From Felis catus (Eukaryota): a stretch of 64,000 bases of DNA. The DNA lies in the NCBI RefSeq assembly GCF_018350175.1, contig NC_058368.1, positions 132,682,001-132,746,000 on the forward strand, written 5' to 3'. Both the position numbers and the translations under genes were made by a program. The notes under the pieces are model-generated. The model had not been told where the DNA came from. It did no database searches and worked only from the letters and a program-made list of their open reading frames with translations. Of the stretch, positions 1 through 11,619 are shown in pieces; the first letter of the stretch is position 1; the number at the start of each line of letters is the position of its first letter.

Positions 1-912
1 GTCAGCACAGAGCCCAACACGGGGCTCAAACTCAGAAACCGTGAGATCATGACCTGAGCCGAAGTCAGACGTTTAACCGACTGAGCCACCCAGGCATCCC
101 CCAGTAATGCATCTTTTAAATATACTTTTAGTTTTCAGAAGTCCTTGCTCTCTCATAAATTTACCTCTGTAAATTAATCCTAAAAATTTTTGAGTTTAGG
201 AGATTTTTAAAGACCAACTTTATCTTATCTATATTTGTTCTCAGAGCTCATTCTGCCTCCTGCAGTAACTGTTAAAACCTCATTTGACTAGTGTCCAATA
301 TTGTTTATAGTTTGGCAGTAAGAGCATAAGTCTGGTTTAGGTCTTTGTGGCAAAGTAAGGAAGGAAATGGTTTTTAGTATTATTGTTTGTTTAAGAATAT
401 GTTTCCAGTTTTAGGCTCCTGCATTTTGTTCTGCTCATTTTAGTTCTTGAGCAATTTGATTTTTTCTTAATATCTCCTTGACTTAATTTTAAAAAGTAAA
501 TAGAAATTATACCTATATAGTTAACTCTATCACTTAAACAGGTGCTACATCTATGAAACTTTAATTCTGTTCCATTCTTTAATCAAGGAACATAAAAGTG
601 TATATTAAATCAAATCCTTATAGAATAATTATTTAATTAGACTTTTTAAACCACATGTTATGAATTTATGCAGATATTTGAGGTGATTTTTCTTTTTACA
701 GCTTTATAGCACTGTTTTAAGAGGACTGATATGAGTGAGGTAGCTTGTTTAACTGGATAGTTTCTTGGTATGGAAAGGATAGCTCTACTGTCTACCATAT
801 ATCATATGTGGAAGTTTTACCTGTTTACAATACCTTCAAAGTACTAAAGCTAATAAAAGTGTATTCATTGTCACAGTATAGCCACACCGTTCCTATAAAC
901 CATACTCATTTT

Positions 913-1038
913 GTGTTGCCTAGCTGGCTCAGTCGGTTAAGCGTGCAACTTTTGATTTTGGCTCAGGTCACAATCTCATTGTTCATGGGTTAGAGCCCCA
1001 TGTCAAGATCCTCACTGTCAGCACGGAGCCTGCTTGGG

Positions 1039-1124
<86 letters not shown>

Positions 1125-1405
1125 TCCCCTCCCTCCTCTCTCTGTCTCTCTGTCAAAAATAAATAAAGAGATGCCTGGGTGGCTCAGTGGTTAAGCATAC
1201 AACTTCAGCTCAAGTCATAATCTCATGGTTCGTGAATTTGAGCCCTGTATCAGGCTCTGTACTAACACCTCAGAGCCTGGAGCCTGCTTCCGATTCTACA
1301 TCTCCCTCTCTGTGCCCCTCCCCTCCTCATTCATTCTCTCTCTCTCTCTCTCTCAAAATTAAATAAACATTAAAATTTTTTTTAAATAAATAAAAACAAA
1401 AAAAA
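913..1405 (+). mobile_element. Two tandem Can-SINEs within one TSD
   Basis: tRNA-derived head, (CT)n and A tail; TSD ATAAACCATACTCATTTT at 895-912 and 1406-1423. Confidence 0.92.
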
Positions 1406-1770
1406 ATAAACCATACTCATTTTTTCTGTAGTTGGGGTCATTTCACTGACATCAGATTTTTGCCCGATGAAAGTCACATTACAAATGTATTAAAAACCCA
1501 AGAAAGAATTTTAATATGTGAAAATTAGAGCAGTTCGTTACCACCATCATTTAATAGGAATAGTCCCAATATTCAACTGTTCACTGGATGTGTCCACTGA
1601 GATTTCTGGGAATCTTCTAAAATTGTATGGAACTTTTATGCTTGTATGAACGTTTGCATTTTGGGGAGAGTCCATAACTTTGACTAGATTCTCTAAAGAA
1701 TCTGTAGTGAAGGTTAGGAATTTCTATTTTAAATAAACTTCCCCCACCCCAACTAAATTGGTCTGCTTTT

Positions 1771-2389
1771 CTCTGGAAAACAGTGTGGAGGTTCCTCAAA
1801 AAATTAAAAGTAGAACTACCCTATGACCCAGCAATACCACTGCTAGGAATCTACCCAAAGGATACAGGAATGCTGATGCATAGGGGCACATGTGCCCCAA
1901 TGTTTATAGCAGCACTTTCAACAATAGCCAAATTATGGAAAGAGCCTAAATGTCCATCACCTGACGAGTGGATAAAGAAGATGTGGTTTATATATATAAG
2001 GGAATACTACTTGGCAATGAAAAGAATGAATTCTGGCCATTTGCAGCAACATGGATGGAACTGGAGGGTATTATGCTAAGTGAAATAAAACAGGCAGAGA
2101 AAGACAAATATCATATGTTTTCACTCATATATGGATCTTGAGAAACTTAACAGAAGACTATGGAGGAGGGGAAGGGGAAAAAAAAGCTACAGAGAGGGAG
2201 GGAGGCAAACCATAAGAGACACTGGATACTGAGAACAAACTAGTGTAGATGGGGGTGGGGGAGAGGGGAAAGTGACTGATGTGTAGGGAGGAGGGCACTT
2301 GTTGGGATGAGCACTGAGTGTTGTATGGAAACCAATTTGACAATAAATTATATTTAAATAAATAAGTAAGTAAGTAACTAAGTAAGTAA
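1771..2389 (+). mobile_element. 5'-truncated carnivore/felid L1 (ORF2 C-terminus and 3'UTR)
   Basis: ORF2 C-terminal peptide [25 protein letters not shown]-rich 3'UTR; A-rich tail; direct repeat GTCTGCTTTT at 1761-1770 and 2390-2399. Confidence 0.93.
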
Positions 2390-2933
2390 GTCTGCTTTTT
2401 TCTAAAACATCCTCTCTCTCTGCCAGTCCCCATGCTTGTAGTCTCTACTTTTCCAGTCCTCTCCTGAGGTCTTCCTCTTGCCCTGCCTGCCCTAAGGTCC
2501 AGCCTTCATCATAGGTGTTACATAGTGCTCCAGTCCTAATATTGCTGTGTTCGAGTTACTATCCCATTCTTTTGGCAACTAAGCTGCTCTATCCTGTATT
2601 CTTTATCTTTTCATGTACTGTTCCCTCCTCCCACACCCCAGATTATAAAATGTGTTAGTATGAGAACTATGTCTTTATCTTTCAGCATTCCCAGTTAATA
2701 AGTTACACCCTAAACATACTTTGATAAGTGCTCAGTTTATACCCTTATTGTTCCTAATAATGCCACTGCAACAGCCAAGTCCTGCATTAGATGCTGTTTC
2801 CTGATGGCCTTACAAAACTTTACAGAAGGTATAAAATGAAAAACTTATATTAGGATAATCATTCCTCTAGGTAGGAGGTATTTTTCTTAATGCTGATTGG
2901 ATGAATCCTTATGATTTTGTCCTCTATTGACAG

Positions 2934-3082
2934 TGGAACGAACCATGTTAGACTTTCCCCAGCATGTCTCCTCTGACAAAGAAGTGCGGGCAGCAAGTAC
3001 AGAAGCAGACAAAAGACTTTCTCGTTTTGATATCGAGATGAGCATGAGAGAAGATATATTTCTGAGAATTGTTCATTTACAG
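2934..3082 (+). CDS. NLN: Neurolysin coding exon (exon 3 equivalent, 149 bp)
   Basis: ttgacAG acceptor and CAG|gtaaat donor; encodes (V)[49 protein letters not shown], matching neurolysin. Confidence 0.98.
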
Positions 3083-3165
3083 GTAAATGATGTTATAAAC
3101 CCTTTTAAAAGAAAAAATCTGTACTAAAAAAGTAAAAATCTTTGACCAACAGTAAAAAGTATTTG

Positions 3166-3556
3166 AGGGCACTTGGACGTCCCAGTTAAGCATCAGACTT
3201 TTGATTTCATCTCAGGTCATGATTTCATGATTTCAAGTTCATGAGTCCAAGCCCCGCATCAGGCTCTGCGCTGACAGTGTGGAACTTGCTTGGAATTCTC
3301 TCTCTCTCCCTCTCCCTCTCCCTCTCCCTCTCCCTCTCCCTCCCTCTCCCTCCCTCTCCCTCCCTCTCCCTCCCTCTCCCTCCCTCTCCCTCCCTCTCCC
3401 TCCCTCTCCTTCCCTCTCCCTCTCCCTCTCCCTCTCCCTCTCCCTCTCCCTCTCCCTCTCCCTCTCCTTCTCTTTCTCCTTCTCCCTCCTTCTCTCTTTC
3501 TCTCTGTTCCTCCCCTGCTTGTATTCTCTCTCTCTCAAAATAAACTTTAAAAAAAG
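3166..3556 (+). mobile_element. Can-SINE with expanded pyrimidine tract
   Basis: SINE head, then (CCCTCT)n/(CCCTCTCCCT)n at 3298-3505; TSD AAAA(A/G)GTATTTGA. Confidence 0.9.
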
Positions 3557-4136
3557 GTATTTGAAAATTTCTAGATTTTGATTCTAATTATGATAGTAAT
3601 GGGTACAGCATAGTATTTATTGTTATACTACATAGGTTAATGTTGAGTTGCTAATTACATTCACTTAATACTAAAGACCAAGTGTGAAAAAGTGTACATC
3701 TATAAATCTAAGGATTGTTAATTGTCATGAACATAATGTTTACTCTTTGAATTTTCTAAATGTTGCAAGGTTTATATTAGATCAGATCAACTAAATGGAA
3801 TTGAGTTGTTTATCTGTAAATATCATGTGGTTTTGGCCATGATATTAATGACATACTGTTGATGCTGCATGCCAAAGTCATTCCTCTCTGTCATCCTTAC
3901 ATTTTTCAAGACTCACAGAAATTACAGATAATGAATGTTTTAGGTGGGTCTGCCTTGAGTGCTTTTGATATTTCATCACCAATGTTGATTTGCTTCCTAG
4001 CATTTTCGTCATGTCTTTGCTTTGAATTTTTATTTTCATGACACTCAGCAATTTGTTTGGAAAACAGCCATTCTTTATAATCCTAGACATTTTTGTTTAA
4101 TTTTGCATGTTTCTTTATTCAAATCTCAAACATTTT

Positions 4137-4585
4137 GGGGGCACCTGGGTGGCTCAGTCTGTTGGGTGGCCGACTACAGCTCAGGTCATGATCTCACGGT
4201 CTGTGAGTTCGAGTTCCACATCAGGCTCTGTGCTGACAGCTCAGAGCCTGGAGCCTGCTTCCGATTCTGTGTCTCCTTCTCTTTCTGCCCCTTCCCTGCT
4301 TGCTCTCTGTCTCTTTCTCAAAAACAATAAACATTAAAAAAAAATTTTTTTAAATCTCAAACATTTTGGGGCGCCTGGGTGGCACAGTCGGTTAAGCGTC
4401 CGACTTCAGCCAGGTCACGATCTCGCGGTCCGTGAGTTCGAGCCCCGCGTCGGGCTCTGGGCTGATGGCTCAGAGCCTGGAGCCTGTTTCCGATTCTGTG
4501 TCTCCCTCTCTCTCTGCCCTCCCCCATTCATGCTCTGTCTCTCTCTGTCCCAAAAAAAATAAATAAACGTTGAAAAAAAAAATTT
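4137..4585 (+). mobile_element. Two tandem feline Can-SINEs (4137-4351 older, 4368-4585 young)
   Basis: GGGGC(A/G)CCTGGGTGGC heads; three copies of AAATCTCAAACATTTT. Confidence 0.96.
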
Positions 4586-4788
4586 AAATCTCAAACATTT
4601 TGTTCCTTTTAGCAAATTATGATAAGAGTTGAAATAAGAAAGCAGTTTTATTTCACGTTTTAACTTACTGAAGAATATGTAATCAAGATTTTAGACATTT
4701 AAGATATATGTGCTGTCTATTCTCTCAGTCAGATAGGCACTTTTTACCCTGTAATTTATATTCATCTATATTGTTCATAACTGTTCAT

Positions 4789-5226
4789 CTTTTTTTTTTT
4801 TTAAGTTTATTAATTTTGAAAGAGAGAGTAGGACAGGGGCAGAGAGAGGGAGAGAAAGAATCCCAATCAGGCTCCTTACTGTGAGTGCAGACCCCAGTAT
4901 GGGGTCAAACTCACTAACCATGAGATCATGACCTGAACTAAAATCAAGAGTCAGATGTTTGGGGCGCCTGGGTGGCACAGTCGGTTAAGCGTCCGACTTC
5001 AGCCAGGTCACGATCTCACGGTCCGTGAGTTCGAGCCCCGTGTCGGGCTCTGGGCTGATGGCTCAGAGCCTGGAGCCTGTTTCCAATTCTGTGTCTCCCT
5101 CTCTCTCTGCCCCTCCCCCGTTCGTGCTCTGTCTCTCTCTGTCCCAAAAATAAATAAACGTTGAAAAAAAAAAATTAAAAAAAAAAAGAGTCAGATGCTT
5201 AACCAGCTGAGCCACCCAAGTGCCCC
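4789..5226 (-). mobile_element. Minus-strand Can-SINE interrupted by a young plus-strand SINE (4961-5185)
   Basis: Outer TSD CATAACTGTTCA; inner TSD AAGAGTCAGATG(T/C)TT at 4946-4960 and 5186-5200. Confidence 0.94.
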
Positions 5227-5749
5227 CATAACTGTTCACCCTTAGCACTATAAAAATAACATAAACTTTAATAACTTCATGATTATTCTTTATTAGTTAC
5301 ATTGTTCTCTTTTTTTGACCTCAGTTATTACTCTGTGTGATTCAAATCATGGCCCTTACAGTCCCCTTTATTTTATTTCATCCCCCCCCCAATCTAATTC
5401 CTTTCTAGATCTATATTAGGTATGTATTTTAAAACTTTTTCCAGAATATCTCATTTTCTTTTGTTAACTCTGTTTTCATTCTGACTTCTAAGTTTTCATT
5501 TGGAATTTTCTAGCCTCAAGAAGGTATTGCAATCTTAATGTTATATATCATGTTTAATGTTTTTCTCTGATATTTATGAATGTTCTCAAGATATGGAAGG
5601 TGTGTCACTTTAGATTTCTTTGTTACACTTTTATTGGAATCTGATCCCAGTAAATTTGGAAACAAACTGCTGCCGGGATAGTATACTAAAATACTATACC
5701 AGATAGACACCAGTGCATTCATCCTATTAGTTCATTTGTTTGGGCTGGG

Positions 5750-5985
5750 TTTTTTTTTTGTTTGTTTTTTTAATTTTTTTTTTCAACGTTTATTTATTTT
5801 TGGGACAGAGAGAGACAGAGCATGAACGGGGGAGGGCAGAGAGAGAGGGAGACACAGAATCGGAAACAGGCTCCAGGCTCTGAGCCATCAGCCCAGAGCC
5901 TGACGCGGGGCTCGAACTCACGGACCGCGAGATCGTGACCTGGCTGAAGTCGGACGCTTAACCGACTGCGCCACCCAGGCGCCCC
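5750..5985 (-). mobile_element. Young feline Can-SINE
   Basis: CpG-rich, nearly identical to the reverse complement of 4368-4585. Confidence 0.95.
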
Positions 5986-6311
5986 TGGGCTGGTTTTATT
6001 GTAATAATTTACAGTGGTTTCAGAGTCATTTCCATAATTTTTCCTTTTTTCCAAGAGAGTAATTTTTCCCATGCATGTCATTCATTCTGTGACCATTGGT
6101 AGGAGCTTTTACTGTATCTGTTAAGGCTAGATCAGAATAATAAACAAATAACAATTTTTTTTTTATGCAGTGTAACTTATCTGGTGAATTTAGTTACCTT
6201 TAAATACCTTCATTGACAAATAGTTGTGTTTATTTAGGCAGTATTTTTTTTTATTGTATTTTATTTTTTTGATAGACACAGGATGACTGTAGGAAAGGGG
6301 TAGAGGGAGAT

Positions 6312-6353
<42 letters not shown>

Positions 6354-7134
6354 ATCCCAAGCAGGCTCAATGGTCAGCATGGAGCTTGAGGTAGGACTGA
6401 ATCCCACCACCCTGGGATCAATCACGACCTGAGCCGAAATCAAGGTGGATGCTCAACGAACTGAGCCACCAGGTGCCTCTATTTTATTTTAATTCTAATA
6501 TAGTTAAGATATAGTGTCAAATTGCTTTCAGGTATACAATATAGCCATTTGACAATTCTATATATTACTCGGTATATAGGTAGTATTTTTTAAAATCTAA
6601 AAGTATCAATATGAGTTTTCTGCTAGTACTGGACACTTTAACAAATGGTAAATTTCATCCCATTCATACCTAAAAGACAAAGGTAGATATAGCTATTTAC
6701 TTTTCAGTGTAATGTTGTAAGTAAAATAGGGCAACCATGATGTGACACATAAAGCCTTCATTAAGTTGGATAGTAGGTTCTTAAAAGTATATGAAATCAG
6801 CAATTTCAGGCATAACCTACTAAAATGAGGGTACTGTGAGTAATACTGAGATTTCAAGATACCACCAATGTAGACAATAATCAAATATATTTTTAGTTTG
6901 ATATAAAATGTTATTTTAGCTCTCGTGTTGTTCTTCACGTAGGATTAATAAATAGAAATAAGAAATTAGGGGCACCTGGCTGGCTCAGTCAGTGGAGCAT
7001 GCAACTCTTGATCTCAGGGTTCTGAGTTCAAGCCCCACATTGGGCATAGAGATTACTTAAAAAATAAAATCTTTAAAAAATATATGAAATTACTTTTCTC
7101 AGTTCTTTGTGCAAAATCTGTGTTCAGTAAGCCT

Positions 7135-7645
7135 TCCAGTTATCTATTGATGTATAATCTATTACTTCAAAACTTACTGCCTAAAAATAGCAGCAATCAT
7201 TTTTTTTTTCTGTCATGGTTTCTGTGGATCAGGAATTCAGAAAGGAATCAATCAGTTGGGTAGCTCTGGCTTGGGGTCTTACATGGAAAAAGGAAGTGGT
7301 GGCTGGAGCTGAAGCATGTGGAGGCTAACCAGACATCTCTCTCTTGGTGTCATGTCTGGACACCTACATGTTGTCTCTTCATGTGGCCTAATTTGGGCCT
7401 CCTCATAGCATGGCAGCATCAGGGTAGTAGGACTTGTTTCATGGAGACTCAGGACTCTAAGAATGGTGTTTCCACAAACTCCACAGAAGCCGCCGTTACA
7501 TTTTCTGACCTCAGAAGTCACCTAGCATCACTTCTGCCATACTGTACTGATTGACCAGTCACTGCGATCTGCCCGAATTCAGGGGACATGACATCTCAGT
7601 CTAAGGAGTATCAACTTATTTGCAATCATGTTTCAAAACCTCCAA
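7135..7645 (-). mobile_element. MLT1-type MaLR solo LTR
   Basis: Typical MLT1 motifs (ttatctattg..caaaacttactgcctaaaa; tctgtggatcaggaattcag; catcacttctgccatactgtactg). Confidence 0.75.
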
Positions 7646-8029
7646 AATAAGTCATGTGTTGACTCTAGATGGATGAAATTATAATAGAGCCTGAGACTAA
7701 CCAGTGTGCCATAGTCTTCCTGCCTCCTTCTTATGTGTGATTAGTACTTTACATTTACACAGCAGTATAGTTTTCTAATTTAACTTTCCTACCAAGCTTG
7801 TGAGGCATCCCTTTTTTATAAATGGAGATACTGAAGTTCAGAAATGGTAACTTCTCAAGAGCCACAGAGGTAAATATTTAGTCATTGATCATAAACTAAA
7901 GCTAGAAACAGTTGGTGACCAATCTGAAAGCTAGGCCTTTAGTAATTGTTGCTAGGACAGGGGTTTTCAAATGTGGGAAAGAAAAAATTGGTTCTTCTCC
8001 TCACAAGCAAACTGAGAAACAGCTTTTCG

Positions 8030-9560
8030 AAAATTATATAGGAATATGTCTTTATGATACCTGAGCAGAGAAGTATTTGTGAAACAAGACCCCAAAGTCT
8101 TAACTAAAGCATAAGACAGATAAACATGATTGCATTAAAATAAAGAACTTCTGGAGTTCCTGGATGGCTCAGTCAGTTAAGCATTCTATTCATTCGGATT
8201 CTAAGTCTCCCTCTCTCTCTGCCTCTCCTGTGCTCACACATACACTCTCTCTCTCTCTCTCTCAAAAATAAGTAAACTTAAAAAAAAAAAAAATACGGGA
8301 GCCTAGGTGGCTAGGTTGGTTAAGCCTCTGGCTTCGGCTAAGATCATGATCTTGTGGTCTGTGAGTTTAAGCCCCACATCATGCTCTGTGCTGATGGCTT
8401 GGAGCCTGGAGCTTGCTTCAGATTCTGTGTCTCCCTCTCTCTCTCTGCCCCTTCCGCGCTCATGCTCTGTCTCTCTCTCAAAAATAAATAAACATTAAAA
8501 AAAAGTAATAAAAAATAAAATAAATAAAAACAAATGCCCATTTATAACTTTGAGGCTTAGAAAAAATAAAGAACTTCTATTAATAATGTGAAAAGACACT
8601 AAAACTAAAAAATACTGAAATACCCAAATACTAAATTAAGAAATTTATAAAACAGGAAACTAGCAAAGCATTAGTACCTAGGATATATAAAGAGCTACAA
8701 CAACAAATCCCAAAAGAAAAATGGGCAAAGGGCATGAAAAGATATTTCAGAAGAAACATAAATGTCAATTAAACATGAAAAGATGTTCAACCTCGTCAGT
8801 AATTGTGGAAATGCAGATGAAGATCCCAATAGGATACCATTTCATTCACTAGATTTGCAAAATCTAAGAAGTCTAACAGTGCCAACAATCTATGAATGTG
8901 AATCAATGGGAATGTTTGTTCACTACTGGTAAAGGTGTAAATTAATTAAAAAATTAGAGTAATAACTAATTTGGAGAAAAACTTAATATTATGAAGTAGG
9001 ATCTCACAATCTCCATAACTCAGCATATCCTCACTGTCTCCTACCTCCCCATTTATCTAGAAATAGTTTTGCATTTGTACACAGGTGAAATTGGACACTT
9101 GTGCATAACAACATTATCTATAATAGCAAAACACTGAAACAACTTAGATTTCCATTAGCAGGAAAGTGGATCAGTGAATTTTAGTATATTTACATTGGAA
9201 TATTTTATAGCAGTAAAGTAAATAAACTACAGCAACATGCAACAGCATGACTGAATATGAGTAACAGTGAAAGAAAAAAGTCCCAGAACACTACCTACAA
9301 CTCAGTATCATTTTACCAAGCTCAAAAAGAAGCAAACCAAATGTATACATACTGGTAAAATTGAAAAAAAAAAATGTTTAACATAAAATTCAAGAGAATG
9401 GTTACCTGTTGCATAGGAAAGTATAGCAGTGTTGTTAATATTCTTTTTCATAAGTTAAAGGGTGGATTTCATTTGTCTTTATAACATGTATATGTAATTT
9501 TACCCCTTTGTTATATAAAAATTATTACATGCAAATTTAACATGTTAAATTTATCCTTAA
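8030..9560 (+). mobile_element. Old, degraded mammalian L1 (L1M-type) ORF2 3' end and 3'UTR, containing two SINEs
   Basis: Degenerate L1 motifs (aaaatgggcaaagggcatgaa, aaacatgaaaagatgttcaacctc, aaactacagcaacatgcaacagcatg). Confidence 0.75.
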
Positions 9561-11619
9561 TTCTACCAGGAAAAAAAAAAAGGAATAAGAAATTAAAACA
9601 AACATTTCCTTATTCCTTTCAGTTAAAAATGTCCAGGTATCAAAAGCCAGCAGTCAAGGCCACAGATCTTGGTGTTTCCCCATCCTGACAAAGGTTTCTT
9701 AGTTGTTGGCTAAAGCCAGCAAAGGTTTCATAGACCCTCTTTCAAGCCATATTGGTGAGAAAAATGTGCACTGTCTCTATGTTGAAACAGTCCAGGCATA
9801 TAACATTTTATTCCAGTGGACTACTGAGTAATAAGCACAGAAGAGGGACTCTTTAGTGAAATAAGAGTCTCAATTATGCAAGCTGAATTGAGAAATACAG
9901 TTATCTATTTTAATGTTGTTTATACTAATCTTTTAGAGCCCTGGGCTTTTGTCAGGCTGATTAATCTTAGCCACCTAGTGAAAAGTTTTAATTTTAAAGT
10001 GTAAAATAATGCTTTGAAGCATTATACATTTTTGTATTCCACCAGCCATGGAAGCCTCATGCCAAATTAAAATACAGGAAACATGCCTTAAAACCATGGC
10101 AAAAAAGAAAGAAAGGAGGGAATGGAAGAAAAGAGGAAAAGAAAGAAAAAAGAAAGGAAAAGAAAAACAAAGAAAAGAGAAGAAAAAAGGGAGAGTGGCA
10201 GGGAAGGAAAAAACTAAGTCCAAAATTCAGCATGGTAATAAGTGTCTTAACCTACACCATCCCTTCTTGATTTTGAAATACGTAAGTCTAGTTATTGGTC
10301 ATAATCAGAACTACTGAAACTTGTAGCTTTGTGAGGCTTTAAAAGCCTAGAAACAAAGCATCAACTACCTTGCCTTAGTTTCTCCATTAGCCAGACACCA
10401 CTCTTCTGCTTCCCGAGTGCTTAACTTTGTCTTCACTCACTACGTGATCCTGACATTGTCTGCTAATGTATCTTTTTTCTTTCATATTACTTAAAGCACT
10501 TGCAGGATATTCATCTTTCTTTCCCTGGTACCTAGTGTAAGTGAGGGCTCGGTGAATGTATGCTGAATCAAGCTAAATGGGCCCCAGTTAAATGTGTCTT
10601 CGTTCAGAATGACACTTCTCACTCCCAGTGTCCTCACTGTGCTGTGACTCATACCAAAGCAGGGGCTCCTGTGGTGGTAAGTTGAATTAGTAGTAAGCAA
10701 GCAGGCCTTTGTGTGTCCCTCCTGTCTGGGAACATAGGCAGCTGCCTAAGAATGCCTGCTTCACCATAGTCAGATAGAAACCTAACAGAAAACATTTAAA
10801 AGGACAGAAGGGGCACCTGGGTGGCTCAGTAGGTTAAGCATCCAGCTTTGGCTCAGGTCATGATCTCTCGGTTTGTGAGTCTGAGCCCCGCATCAGGCTC
10901 TGTGCTGACAGCTCAGAGCCTGGAACCTGCTTTAGATACTGTCTCCCTCTCTCTCTGCCCTTCCCCCACTCATGTTCTATCTTTCTCTGTCTCTCAAAAA
11001 TGAATAAATGTTAAAAAAAATAAATAAAAGTGCCAGATGGCCAACAGACACATGAAAAGATGCTCAACATCACTCCTCATCAGGGAAAAACAAATCAAAA
11101 CCACACTGAGATACCACCTCGCACCGGTCAGAGTGACTAAAGTGAACAAATCCGGAGACTATAGATGCTGGCGAGGATGTGGAGAAACGGGAACCCTCTT
11201 GCACTGTTGGTGGGAATGCAAAGTGGTGCAGCTGCTCTGGAAAACAGTATGGAAGTTCCTCAAAAAATTAAAAATGGAACTACCCTATGACCCAGCAATA
11301 GCACTGCTAGGAATCTACCCAAAGGATATAGGAATGCTGATGCATAGAGGCACATGTACCCCAATGTTTATAGCAGCACTTTCAACAATAGCCAAATTAT
11401 GGAAAGAGCCTAAATGTCCATCACCTGACGAGTGGATAAAGGAGATGTGGTTTATATATATAAGGGAATACTACTTGGCAATGAAAAGAATGAATTCTGG
11501 CTATTTCCAGCAACGTGGATGGAACTGGAAGGTATTATGCTAAGTGAAATAAGCCAGGCAGAGAAAGGCAGATATCATATGTTTTCACTCATATGTGGAT
11601 CTTGAGAAACTTAACAGAA

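Noticed and set aside
3239..3581. Low-complexity SP/LP/RE-repeat ORFs (also at 1000, 33444-34034, 55111-55451)
   Set aside because: Translations of microsatellites and SINE linkers
4121..4601. Repeat-spacer-repeat pattern as CRISPR-like, and SINE heads as tRNA genes
   Set aside because: Eukaryotic DNA; the repeats are TSDs around SINEs, and the tRNA-like heads belong to tRNA-derived SINEs
4022..6081. Recurring similar short ORFs (e.g. [32 protein letters not shown])
   Set aside because: Translations of Can-SINE copies, not a gene family
10048..10317. Lys/Arg/Glu-rich 89-aa ORF
   Set aside because: Arises from a purine-rich low-complexity tract
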